NCBI GenBank assembly: GCA_949293175.1
Contig: CASFCI010000002.1
Location: forward strand, 27,765-91,764
Length of the DNA stretch: 64,000 nt
Source: an uncultured bacterium
GTDB lineage: Bacteria; Bacillota_I; Bacilli_A; RFN20; CAG-826
Direction of reading: 5' to 3'
Part shown: one piece after another, positions 27,706 through 38,393 of the stretch
Position numbering within the stretch: position 1 is the first letter of the stretch
Layout: every line of letters begins with the position of its first letter
Program-made: the position numbers and the translations under genes
The notes under the pieces: model-generated
Told to the model about the DNA's origin: nothing
What the model saw: the letters and a program-made list of their open reading frames with translations, nothing else
Database searches by the model: none

Positions 27706-28971
27706 CTATTGGGCTATGCGGGCCTCGTCTTTGGGCTTATAGGCCACCTTGGCGAAGATCGATAGCCCAAGGGCCACCGCCCCGATGACGATGACCACTA
27801 TGGCGTTGGTGACCAAGATCTTCCCATCGGCGTTGCTCTGCCCGATATAAAGGCCGAGCACGACGTCCTGGATGAGCCGCAGCGCCCCGAATCCCACCGT
27901 TAGGCCGGATATCGCCAGGCAGATGTTCGGCAGCCGGTCGCGGGTTTTCTCGCTCTCGGAGAGGGCGCTATACGCGGCGTAGCCGACCAGCCCCATCGCC
28001 GATAGGGCCGCAAGCCACATGGCGATGGTCAGGATCAGGGAGACGTAGAAGTAGGTGTTGAACTCGGCGAACCGCTCGCTCGACAGGGAGTTGGTCACGG
28101 CCAGGCTATAAAGCACGTCGGTGAACAATCCGGTGATGCCGGTGTTGACGCTGCTGCCGAAGGTCCCTGAGGAGTCGCCGTAGGAGAAAACGCCGAGCGA
28201 CATCATGCCAGAGCAAAGCAGCAACAGCGAGAGCATCCCCAGCCCGACGAGTGAGAACTTGGCCCGTCTGGCGAGCTCCTCGCCGCCGAAGTTGGCCAAT
28301 AGGTCGAAGGCGAAGATGATCAATAGCAGCACCGCCCCGGTGGCGAGCATCGCGACGGTCGGCCCGTTGAGCGAGATGGCGATGGTCATCCGCTCGCTGG
28401 TGAGCCCCTGCCCGCCCATTAGCAGGAAGGCGCAGGCGAAAAGGGCGAAGGTGACGTAGCTTAGGGTGGCGGGCCCCAATAGGCGCAGCCGCTTCCCCTT
28501 TATGGCCTTGTAGGCGGAATAGGCGAAGTAGCCCGCAACCCCAGCGGAGGCCAAAAGGCCAACGATCATGGTGATGCTCGCCATGATGGGCCCGGCGAGC
28601 CCATAGCCCCGCACCTTTTCGACCGACAGCACGTCGTAAACGTCGCCTAGGAAATAGTAGAGGTCGTAGTACGCCGTTTGCCCCTCGGCGGATGCCTTCC
28701 CCCCGATTAGGAAAGCGAAGACGAACGACAGCAGAGCCAGCAAGCAGCTGAGGCCAAATCCAATGTAGGAGACGGTTTTCCGGGCCGATTCGCCTAGGCG
28801 ATGGTCCTCTTTCTTCCCGAGCTTCGCCCCGCAATAGGAGCAATAAGAAGAGCCTTCCTTCATAAGATGCCCGCATTTGGGGCAGTCGACGTTGCCGTCA
28901 AGCCGCTTCCCGCAGGCGCAGCAATAGACGGCGTCTTCGGCGTTTTCGGCTCCGCAGTGGATGCATTTCAT
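27706..28971 (-). CDS. Zinc-ribbon-domain membrane protein, hypothetical
   Basis: Two CxxC pairs at the N-terminus (CIHCGAE...CCACGKR, CPKCGH...CSYCGAK), then about 8 TM helices. Confidence 0.5.
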   Translation of the reverse strand: MKCIHCGAENAEDAVYCCACGKRLDGNVDCPKCGHLMKEGSSYCSYCGAKLGKKEDHRLGESARKTVSYIGFGLSCLLALLSFVFAFLIGGKASAEGQTAYYDLYYFLGDVYDVLSVEKVRGYGLAGPIMASITMIVGLLASAGVAGYFAYSAYKAIKGKRLRLLGPATLSYVTFALFACAFLLMGGQGLTSERMTIAISLNGPTVAMLATGAVLLLIIFAFDLLANFGGEELARRAKFSLVGLGMLSLLLLCSGMMSLGVFSYGDSSGTFGSSVNTGITGLFTDVLYSLAVTNSLSSERFAEFNTYFYVSLILTIAMWLAALSAMGLVGYAAYSALSESEKTRDRLPNICLAISGLTVGFGALRLIQDVVLGLYIGQSNADGKILVTNAIVVIVIGAVALGLSIFAKVAYKPKDEARIAQ

Positions 28972-29067
28972 GGGTTTTCCCTCCCTTTACATATTAGTAA
29001 GCCTTAGTTTGGGCCATACGTCAACCAAGCGAATGGAGGCGAAGAAAAAAGGGGCATAAGCCCCTTA

Positions 29068-30288
29068 TTATTTGGCTCTGGTCCTCACGAAGGCGTCGAA
29101 GCGCTGGCCTTCCTCGAAGGAATCGAACTTCGCGTAGTAGAAGCTATCCCCCATCGCCACCGCCATGTGGGCCGGGTAGCGGCCATGCAGGCAGAGGTTG
29201 TCGTGGTAGGAGGACAGTATCTCCTCCTCGGAATGGAGATAGGCTATTCCATCCCGCCTGGCCGAGGCGAAGGCGTAGTATTTCGGCAGCGACATGTCCT
29301 GCCGGTTCTCGTCGAAGCAGATAACGTCGGCGTAGATGTCGTAGACCGAAACCGAGTTGGCGAAGTCGATGAGGTCTGGCGTGTAGCCGCCGGCCGGGCG
29401 CATGTTGCATTCCAAGGCCACGAAATCGCCCTTCTTGGCTAATCCCGGCTTGTCCTTGGTAAGCACGAAGAACTCGATGTGGAAGAAGCGCTTCTTGATG
29501 CCGAACGACTTCACCACCGCGCGCCCCACCTTGCGGAACGCCTCCTTGTCGAGATCGAAGAAGGGGAGGTCGAAGGGGGCGTTGTAGTAATAGTAGTCCT
29601 CCTTCTGATTGACCACGTCGGCGATCGGGGTCAGGAAGTGGTCGGTGGTGTCGAAGACGACGTTGGAATGGGAGTCGCAGATGCCGTCGTAGCTAACTAT
29701 GAAGCCCTCGATGTACTCCTCCATGATGTAGGTCTCTGGGAGCTTGTGTGAGAAGAACTCGTCGAACTCCTTGTCGTCGTGGAGGGCATAGGAAGAGGCG
29801 GCCCCGACCCCGACGTTGGGCTTGACGAAGAGGGGATAGCCGACCTTGGCGCGGAACTCCTCGGCCTTCTTCTTGTCCTGCGGCCCATCGACCAGGATGT
29901 AGCGCATCGTCTTGGCCCCGCCGCGGTTGAAGTACTCCTTCATGGCGCTCTTGGCCTTGATCTTGTTCATCTCCTCGGGGTGGAAGCCGGTATTCACGCC
30001 GAACTTCTCGCGCAGCACGGCGTCAGAGTAGAGCCACCACTCGTTGTCGCTTTCGATGTAGTCGATCTTGCCGTACTTGTCCTGATAGTATTTGACCGCC
30101 TTGGTCAGCTCATCCATGTTGGATAGGTCGGTGCAGTAATACTCGGTCAGAGAGTCCTTCAGCCGCTGCTGCAGGTCCCAATAGGGGGAATCGCCGATCC
30201 CCAATACGTTGACCCCATGCCTTTTTAGGCCCTCTACCCAGAGGTAGTAGTTGGTCGGGAAATTAGGTGATATGAATACGAAGTTCAT
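29068..30288 (-). CDS. ATP-grasp domain protein
   Basis: The C-terminal E-C-N-M-R-P-A-G-G resembles the ATP-grasp E/N metal-binding motif. There is a pre-ATP-grasp N-domain. Confidence 0.55.
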   Translation of the reverse strand: MNFVFISPNFPTNYYLWVEGLKRHGVNVLGIGDSPYWDLQQRLKDSLTEYYCTDLSNMDELTKAVKYYQDKYGKIDYIESDNEWWLYSDAVLREKFGVNTGFHPEEMNKIKAKSAMKEYFNRGGAKTMRYILVDGPQDKKKAEEFRAKVGYPLFVKPNVGVGAASSYALHDDKEFDEFFSHKLPETYIMEEYIEGFIVSYDGICDSHSNVVFDTTDHFLTPIADVVNQKEDYYYYNAPFDLPFFDLDKEAFRKVGRAVVKSFGIKKRFFHIEFFVLTKDKPGLAKKGDFVALECNMRPAGGYTPDLIDFANSVSVYDIYADVICFDENRQDMSLPKYYAFASARRDGIAYLHSEEEILSSYHDNLCLHGRYPAHMAVAMGDSFYYAKFDSFEEGQRFDAFVRTRAK

Positions 30289-30371
30289 CGGAATTGCCTC
30301 AACGGAGTAAATTTTACACTTTTGGGCCGCATAAGTGCACAGATGGTTGAGGGAAGATTGACGACGAATCG

Positions 30372-30394
30372 AAAAAAGCCCTCTTTAGAGGGCG
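30372..30394 (-). terminator. Rho-independent terminator after the aldo-keto reductase gene
   Basis: On the minus strand, the hairpin GCCCTCT-AAA-GAGGGC is followed by TTTTTT. Confidence 0.5.
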
Positions 30395-30398
30395 CCTT

Positions 30399-31463
30399 CT
30401 ATTGCTTGTCCGCGAGCAGCTGCCTTATCGGCAGGTGCTGGGGGCACACCGATTCGCAAGCCCCGCAGCGGAGGCACTCATCGGCTTTGCTTAGCAGGGC
30501 TATGTCTTTCTCCCCCACGCCAGCCCGGTGGGCGTTGAGCATCTTGAAGATGTCGGGGATCGGCATCTTTACCGGGCAGAGGGGCGTGCAATAGGAGCAG
30601 CCGGTGCAGCCGATCAGGCCCTGTTTGCGAAGCAACGCGGCGAGCAGCTTGGCCTCTTTGCGGTATTCCTCGGGGAAGGATAGGTCATGGAGGGCGGCGC
30701 AGTTGTCCTCCATCTGCTCGAACGACCCCATGCCGGAGAGGACCATCTTGACGCCGGGCAGGCTCGCGGCGTACTTGATGGCGAAGGAGGCCGGGGAGCC
30801 ATTGTACACGCCCCGGAGCGAAGAAAGGGCTGCCGGGGTGAGGTTGGCTAGCCTTCCGCCCTTGACCGGCTCCATGACGATGACGTCTTTACCAAAGGAG
30901 TTGGCGACATCTAGGCAAGCTAGGCTCTGCACAACCTCGTCTTCGGCGTCAAGGTAATTTATCTGCAGCTGCACCGCCTCGACCTCGGGGTGTTCTTCAA
31001 GAATATGGCGCAGGAAGTCCGGCGAATCGTGGAAGGAGATGCCGATGTGGCGGATTAGCCCCATCGCCTGGAGCTCCTTGGCCTTCTCATAGGCCTGACA
31101 GCCCATGTAATGGTCGTAGTTGTTCCGCCCCTGGGCGTGCATGAGCAGGTAGTCGAAGTATTCGACGCCGCAGCACTCCAGTTCCTTCTTGACCATCGGG
31201 ATCACGTCCTCTGGTGAGTTGAAGTAGTTGGAGCTGAGCTTATCGGTGAGCACGTAGGCGTCGCGGGGGTAGCGCGAACTGAGGCATTTTCTCACCGCGA
31301 CCTCGCTTTGCTCGTTGAGGTAGCCATGGGCGGTGTCGAAGTAGTTGTAGCCCTCCTCTAGAAACCGGTCGACCATCTGGCTGACCAAGTCGAAGTCGAT
31401 CTGCCCGTCCTTATACGGCAGCCTCATCATCCCGAAGCCGAGTTTTCCCTTTGCGCGTTCCAT
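30399..31463 (-). CDS. Aldo/keto reductase fused to a C-terminal 2x[4Fe-4S] ferredoxin-like domain
   Basis: AKR-like N-terminal region (GYNYFDTAHGY) plus CTGCSYCTPLCP and CLRCGACESVCP. The start is preceded by AAAGGAG. Confidence 0.7.
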   Translation of the reverse strand: MERAKGKLGFGMMRLPYKDGQIDFDLVSQMVDRFLEEGYNYFDTAHGYLNEQSEVAVRKCLSSRYPRDAYVLTDKLSSNYFNSPEDVIPMVKKELECCGVEYFDYLLMHAQGRNNYDHYMGCQAYEKAKELQAMGLIRHIGISFHDSPDFLRHILEEHPEVEAVQLQINYLDAEDEVVQSLACLDVANSFGKDVIVMEPVKGGRLANLTPAALSSLRGVYNGSPASFAIKYAASLPGVKMVLSGMGSFEQMEDNCAALHDLSFPEEYRKEAKLLAALLRKQGLIGCTGCSYCTPLCPVKMPIPDIFKMLNAHRAGVGEKDIALLSKADECLRCGACESVCPQHLPIRQLLADKQ

Positions 31464-31479
31464 GTTTTTTCTCCTTTAT

Positions 31480-31507
31480 TCAATAAAAGCCCGCAAAAGC
31501 GGGCTTG
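31480..31507 (-). terminator. Rho-independent terminator after atpC, at the end of the atp operon
   Basis: On the minus strand, the hairpin AAGCCCGC-TTTT-GCGGGCTT is followed by TTATTGAAT. Confidence 0.5.
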
Positions 31508-31511
31508 TCGT

Positions 31512-33349
<1,838 letters not shown>

Positions 33350-34165
33350 CTATCTTGAGCCGGAGACGACTTCGGTTATCTCCTGGGTGATGGCGGCCTG
33401 GCGGGCCTTGTTGTACTCGATGTTGAGCTTCTCGAGCAGCTCGTCGGCGTTGGTGTTGGCGGCGTCCATGGCGTTGCGCCGGCTGGATTGCTCGCATAAC
33501 GAGCATTCCTCCTTCAGCTCCACTAGCCTAAGGCTAAGCCAGGTGGCGAGAGCCTCGTCGCGGGAGGCTTGCTCGCTGGGCTCGATTATCGGCTTGACCT
33601 CGAAGGGGGGCTCTAGCTTGGGAAGCGGGAGCAGCACCTCCTCCGCGGGGTCGAAGCGGAGCGAGTTGATGTATTTGGTGTAGATGACGCGAAGCGAGGA
33701 TATCCTCCCCTCTCTCTTCATCTGCAGTAGGCGCTTGGCGGACTCGAGCAGGCTCCGCGGCGAGTCGAACATGGATTGCTCGCCCTCTAATAGCGGATAA
33801 CCTCCCTTCCCATACCTGGCCTTGGCCTTGGCCCCGATGGGTATCAATAGGTCGCCTTCGCGGTATTTGGAGCTTAGCAGGCGGAACATGCCTTGGTTGT
33901 AGGCCCCGCAGAGGCCGAGGTCGCTAGAGAACACTATGTAGGCGCGCTTCCCCTCGCCCTCCTCTAGCAGCGGCTCGTCGAGGCTATATGCCCTCACGGC
34001 GTCTAGGAAAGCGCGGCTCTCCGCGGAGGCGAAGCGGGCGAACTCGATCGCCTTCTTCTCCCGGAGCAGCTTGACCGAGGCGATCATCCCCATCGCGGAG
34101 GTGATCTTCTTGGTCGCGGCGATCGAGGCGATCCGCCGCTTTGTCTTGACTAGGTTCCCGGCCAT
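33350..34165 (-). CDS. atpG: F1 ATP synthase gamma subunit
   Basis: [25 protein letters not shown] is the canonical gamma N-terminus. The ATG overlaps the atpA stop as TGATG. The long N-terminal extension in the track ORF is not coding. Confidence 0.8.
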   Translation of the reverse strand: MAGNLVKTKRRIASIAATKKITSAMGMIASVKLLREKKAIEFARFASAESRAFLDAVRAYSLDEPLLEEGEGKRAYIVFSSDLGLCGAYNQGMFRLLSSKYREGDLLIPIGAKAKARYGKGGYPLLEGEQSMFDSPRSLLESAKRLLQMKREGRISSLRVIYTKYINSLRFDPAEEVLLPLPKLEPPFEVKPIIEPSEQASRDEALATWLSLRLVELKEECSLCEQSSRRNAMDAANTNADELLEKLNIEYNKARQAAITQEITEVVSGSR

Positions 34166-35673
34166 CAATCGACCTTCATGGCGAGGAACTCGTCGAGGGA
34201 GGCGAGTATGGAGTCGCTGTCGTCTTTGGACAGGTCCTTGCTCGAGTCGATCCGCTCGATGACCTCTTTCTTGGATGAGAGCAATTTGGCGTAGAAGTCG
34301 GATAGGAACCCGCTTAGCTTCTCGACCGGGTAGGAGTCGAGCTTGCCGGATTTGACGGAAAGCAGCTCCACCACCTGGCGGGACAGACAATATGGGTTGT
34401 ACTGGGCCTGCTTGAGGGTCTCCATAAGCACGGCGCCGTGGGCGAGGATCTTCTTGGTCGACTCGTCGAGGTCGGAGCCGAACTGGGAGAAGGAAAGCAT
34501 CTCGCGGTAGTTGGCGAGCTCGATCTTGAGCGACCCCGCCACCTTCTTCATGGCCTTGAACTGGGCGCTGGAGCCGACGCGGGACACGGAGAAGCCCGAG
34601 TCGATGGCCGGGCGCTGGCCGGCGTTGAAGTAGTCGGTGAGGAGGAATATCTGCCCGTCGGTGATCGAGATGATGTTGGTCGGGATGTAGGCGGAGATGT
34701 CCCCGGCCTGCGTCTCGACGATCGGGAGGGCGGTGATCGAGCCCCCGCCGTATTCCTTGCTCAATCGGCACGCCCTTTCGAGCAATCTCGAATGCAAATA
34801 GAAGATGTCGCCCGGATAGGCCTCGCGGCCCGGCGAGCGCTTTAGAAGCAAGGAAAGGGTGCGGTAGGCGACCGCGTGCTTGGACAGGTCGTCGAAGACG
34901 ATGAGCACGTCCTGGCCTTGCTCCATCCATTCCTCGGCCATCGCCATGGCGGCGAAGGGGGCGATGTAAAGAAGGGGCGCCGGCTCGGCGGAGGAGGCGT
35001 TGACCACGGTCACGTAGTCCATGCACCCGAGCTGGTGGAGCCGCTCAACCAAAGCGGCCACCGAGGAGTTCTTCTGCCCGATGGCGCAGTAGACGCACTT
35101 CACGCCCTTGCCCTTCTGGTTGATTATGGCGTCTAAGGCGATGGCGGTCTTGCCGGTCTGCCTATCGCCGATGATGAGCTCGCGCTGACCGCGGCCGATC
35201 GGGATCATGGCGTCTATTGCCTTGATGCCGGTCTCAAGCGGGGTGTCGACCGATTTCCTGGTCATGACCCCCGGGGCGATGCGCTCTATGGGCCTAGTTT
35301 TCTCGGTCTTTATCGGCCCCTTCTCGTCGATGGGAAGCCCGAGCGCGTTGACCACGCGGCCGAGCAATTCGTCGCCGACCCCGACCTCGGCGACCTTGCC
35401 GGTGCGCCGCACCTCGTCGCCTTCCTTGATGAGGTCGTCCTCGCCAAGCAACACGGCCCCGACGTCGTCCTCGTTGAGGTTCATCGCGAGGCCATAGACC
35501 CCGTGCGGGAAAAGCAGCAGCTCGCCGAGCATGGCTTTCTCCAGGCCATAGACGGTGGCGATGCCATCGCCCACCGATACCACGGTCCCGACGTCGTCTT
35601 GCTCCAGTTTGCTTCCATAGCCCTCGATCTGCTTCCTAAGCAGTGCCGAGAGCCCTTCGGTGTCTATCTTCAT
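34165..35673 (-). CDS. atpA: F1 ATP synthase alpha subunit
   Basis: [12 protein letters not shown]-loop. Its position is between atpH and atpG. Confidence 0.9.
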   Translation of the reverse strand: MKIDTEGLSALLRKQIEGYGSKLEQDDVGTVVSVGDGIATVYGLEKAMLGELLLFPHGVYGLAMNLNEDDVGAVLLGEDDLIKEGDEVRRTGKVAEVGVGDELLGRVVNALGLPIDEKGPIKTEKTRPIERIAPGVMTRKSVDTPLETGIKAIDAMIPIGRGQRELIIGDRQTGKTAIALDAIINQKGKGVKCVYCAIGQKNSSVAALVERLHQLGCMDYVTVVNASSAEPAPLLYIAPFAAMAMAEEWMEQGQDVLIVFDDLSKHAVAYRTLSLLLKRSPGREAYPGDIFYLHSRLLERACRLSKEYGGGSITALPIVETQAGDISAYIPTNIISITDGQIFLLTDYFNAGQRPAIDSGFSVSRVGSSAQFKAMKKVAGSLKIELANYREMLSFSQFGSDLDESTKKILAHGAVLMETLKQAQYNPYCLSRQVVELLSVKSGKLDSYPVEKLSGFLSDFYAKLLSSKKEVIERIDSSKDLSKDDSDSILASLDEFLAMKVD

Positions 35674-36206
35674 TTGGCGATGCCTCCTTCAAGTTTGGCC
35701 CGCAGCGATTCAAGCTGCCGGGCGAGGGTGTAGTCGAAGGTCTTTCCGTCGATGGCGACCTTCGCTCCGCCTAATAAGCGCGAGTCGACGATGTTCTTGA
35801 GCTTCGCCTTATACCCGATCCGTCCCCCCACGGCTGCTTCGAGCCTAGTAAGCGATTCGGGGTCGAGCGGCCTCGCCGAATAGGCGATGCCCTCCTTGAC
35901 GCCGAGTCTTCCGCGGACTAGCGATAGCAGGGCCTGCAGGAAGAGGGATAGCTTCCCGCCATACCCCTTCTTGGCGAGCAGCTTGATGGCGATCTGCAGC
36001 CTTTCGGGCAAAAAGCCCAGGGCTTCGCCGATGGCCTTATCCTTCTTGGCGAAGGCGATGTTCGGCGACCCGAGGAAGACGGCGAACGAATCGTCGCTCC
36101 CAAGTGCGGACAGCAGCGCCTCCGACCCTTGCTCGGCCGAGGTCAGGCTATCCTTGGGCAGCGACTCAAACGCCGCCTGGGCGAAGGCGAAGCAGACGCT
36201 ATCCAT
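35670..36206 (-). CDS. atpH: F1 ATP synthase delta (OSCP) subunit
   Basis: 178 aa, in operon position between atpF and atpA. Confidence 0.7.
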   Translation of the reverse strand: MDSVCFAFAQAAFESLPKDSLTSAEQGSEALLSALGSDDSFAVFLGSPNIAFAKKDKAIGEALGFLPERLQIAIKLLAKKGYGGKLSLFLQALLSLVRGRLGVKEGIAYSARPLDPESLTRLEAAVGGRIGYKAKLKNIVDSRLLGGAKVAIDGKTFDYTLARQLESLRAKLEGGIAK

Positions 36207-36777
36207 TGTGGTCTCCGAGCTTGTCGATCATCTCATCGAGCAGCTTCTGCTGGTCGACGTCGGTCACCTGCCGGCCGAGGATGGCGCTGCTGGCGGCGAT
36301 GGCGAGGTCGATGGCCTTCTGCCCGACCTCCTTCTCGGCCTGGCGCTTGCTCTCCTCTATCTCGGCGTCGGCGTCCTTCTTGGCCTTCTCGATGGCCTCC
36401 GCGGTGGCCTGCTTGCTGGCTATGGCCTCCCGGTTGGCCTGCTCCCTGGCCTCCGCGACGATGCGGGCGGCCTCCTTCTTGCCCTGCAGGATGGTCTCCT
36501 CCTTGTGGCTTTCGGCCTCCTTGGCCCTCGCTAGCGAGGCCTCCGACTCCCGGAGGTTGCCCTCGATGTAGTCGCGACGCCTTTTGATGAGGTTATGGAC
36601 CGGCTTGTAGGCGATGAAGAAGACGATGAGCAAAAGCACGACGAAGCCGAGCAGCTGGATCACGAAGTCGATCATCCCGTTGGGGAAGATCTTCGAGATG
36701 AAGTCGTCTTTGTCGAAGGGGGTTGAGTCCACCCCGGAGTCGCTCAATATGGCAAGGGATGCGAAAAGAAGTCTCAT
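36199..36777 (-). CDS. atpF: Fo ATP synthase b subunit, with a 34-aa hydrophobic N-terminal extension
   Basis: TM helix IDFVIQLLGFVVLLLIVFF, then a long charged coiled coil. The start at 36777 is preceded by AAAGGAG. Confidence 0.7.
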   Translation of the reverse strand: MRLLFASLAILSDSGVDSTPFDKDDFISKIFPNGMIDFVIQLLGFVVLLLIVFFIAYKPVHNLIKRRRDYIEGNLRESEASLARAKEAESHKEETILQGKKEAARIVAEAREQANREAIASKQATAEAIEKAKKDADAEIEESKRQAEKEVGQKAIDLAIAASSAILGRQVTDVDQQKLLDEMIDKLGDHNG

Positions 36778-36787
36778 CTTCGCTCCT

Positions 36788-37069
36788 TTAGAACATGCTG
36801 GGCAGGACGAAGATGATCAATATGGCGACGATCAAGGCGTAGATGGCGGTCGACTCGTCGAGGGCGACGGCCAATATCATGGTCGAGCGCAGCTTGCCGT
36901 ACATCTCCGGGTTGCGGGCGATCCCATCGATCGCGTGCGAGCAGATCCAGGCCTCGCCGATCGCGGAGAAGGTGCCGGTGCAGCAGCAGATGCCGGCCGC
37001 GAGGGCGACCAGCCCCATCTGGCTCGGGTCAGCGGCCAGGATGGACACCATGTTTGCTAGAAATCCCAT
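36788..37069 (-). CDS. atpE: Fo ATP synthase c subunit
   Basis: It has two TM helices, a GIARNPE loop, and an essential acidic residue in helix 2 (LDESTAI). It is preceded by AGGAGG. Confidence 0.85.
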   Translation of the reverse strand: MGFLANMVSILAADPSQMGLVALAAGICCCTGTFSAIGEAWICSHAIDGIARNPEMYGKLRSTMILAVALDESTAIYALIVAILIIFVLPSMF

Positions 37070-37080
37070 TTTCTTTCCTC

Positions 37081-37890
37081 CTATTGGGCTATGGGCGCTT
37101 CGCTATTCCCGCGGGCAAGCTGCCCAGAGGTCCCCATTATGTCCTCGTCCTCGGGCATCTCGGCGCCGATCCAAACGGCGTTGAGCGAGGCGAAGACCAG
37201 GGTCTGGACGAACCCGGAGAATAGGCTGAAGTAAAGGTTTAGGACCCCGATCGCGAACGGGGCGAGGAATATCTGGCCCCAGGGGCCGATGGCGCCGAAG
37301 ATGGCCATCGAGGCCGACTTGAGGGCCCAGTTGACGATGCCGATGATGACCGATCCGGAGATGCAGTTGCCGAACATACGCAGCGACGTGGAAACAATCG
37401 GCGTCCACATGGTCACCAGATTGATCGGCAGCCAGATCTTGAGCGGCTCGATGTAGCGATGGAAGTATCCGAGGTGCTGGTAGCGGAGCGCCGTGACCTG
37501 GATCAGGACGAACATCACCAAGGAAAGGGTGAAGGGAACGAGCAGGTAGTCGATGATCGAGGGCAACCCGAGCAGCGACCAGTTGAACGAGATGAATAGG
37601 TATACCCAAAGCCCGGCGAAGTAGCCCGGCCAGTTGCCGACGTTGCGGTGCCCCATCATCTCCGAGGTCCAATTGTCGAGGGAGGAGACGCCCATCTCGG
37701 CGAGCAGCAATATCCCCCGCGGCGCGACCTTGGGGTCGGCGCGCCTTGCCTTGATGCCGATCACTATGGCCAAGATGGCGATGATGGCCATCACCATCGC
37801 CGACGATATCACAGCGCCGGAGACGTCTAAGTCCCACCAGCGGTCGATCATCTGCGAGATCGGCGAGGAGGAATCAAGCAGCATGTTCAT
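37081..37890 (-). CDS. atpB: Fo ATP synthase a subunit
   Basis: Polytopic. It contains the conserved Arg-containing helix (...LALRLF-like region LRYQHLGYF / NLVTMW). Confidence 0.8.
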   Translation of the reverse strand: MNMLLDSSSPISQMIDRWWDLDVSGAVISSAMVMAIIAILAIVIGIKARRADPKVAPRGILLLAEMGVSSLDNWTSEMMGHRNVGNWPGYFAGLWVYLFISFNWSLLGLPSIIDYLLVPFTLSLVMFVLIQVTALRYQHLGYFHRYIEPLKIWLPINLVTMWTPIVSTSLRMFGNCISGSVIIGIVNWALKSASMAIFGAIGPWGQIFLAPFAIGVLNLYFSLFSGFVQTLVFASLNAVWIGAEMPEDEDIMGTSGQLARGNSEAPIAQ

Positions 37891-38326
37891 CGTCTTCGCC
37901 TTCTTTCCTAGATGGCTTTATCTTCCTGAAAAGCCCAATGGCGGATGAGGCCAAAGGCAGCGGGAGGTATCCCCCGATGACGCCCCAGACGTTGAGGTAA
38001 GGCCATTCGTATATGTAGGTAAGCAAAGCCGCCACGACGACCGCGGCGACCAGCAATAGGAAGCGCAATACGACGAAGACGACGGATAAGACCATCTTCC
38101 CCGCCTTCTGCTCCCCGGGCTTAAGCAAGGCCGAGGACGTAACCACTATCGACCAGTAGGTGAAGATGGCGACGGCGATGCCCAATAGCCATCCAAGCGG
38201 GACGCCGGGGTTGCCCAGGAAGAAGAAGCAGGAAAGCGCGAGAAAACCCACGATCCCGATTCCGGCAATGCAGAGCCCGGTCATCCAGTACTCGCTCTTC
38301 CTTATCTTCTGCAGCGCCTTTCCCAT
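37874..38326 (-). CDS. atpI: AtpI-like small membrane protein
   Basis: 150 aa with 4 TM helices, located immediately upstream of atpB. Confidence 0.45.
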   Translation of the reverse strand: MGKALQKIRKSEYWMTGLCIAGIGIVGFLALSCFFFLGNPGVPLGWLLGIAVAIFTYWSIVVTSSALLKPGEQKAGKMVLSVVFVVLRFLLLVAAVVVAALLTYIYEWPYLNVWGVIGGYLPLPLASSAIGLFRKIKPSRKEGEDDEHAA

Positions 38327-38335
38327 AACGGGGAT

Positions 38336-38365
38336 ATGTTAGGCACAGCGTGAGCAAAAAAGCAA
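38336..38365 (-). promoter_or_regulatory. Candidate atp-operon promoter: -35 TTGCTT, an 18-nt spacer, then -10 TAACAT
   Basis: Read on the minus strand between the pfk stop and atpI. Tentative. Confidence 0.3.
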
Positions 38366-38393
38366 ACAAAACGGGAGGCTTACCTTATAGGTA

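Noticed and set aside
33350-35026. The track shows a 558-aa ORF spanning atpG plus a long N-terminal extension over atpA.
   Set aside because: The extension is off-frame read-through of the atpA region. The genuine gamma subunit starts at MAGNLVKTK (34165) with canonical spacing to atpA.
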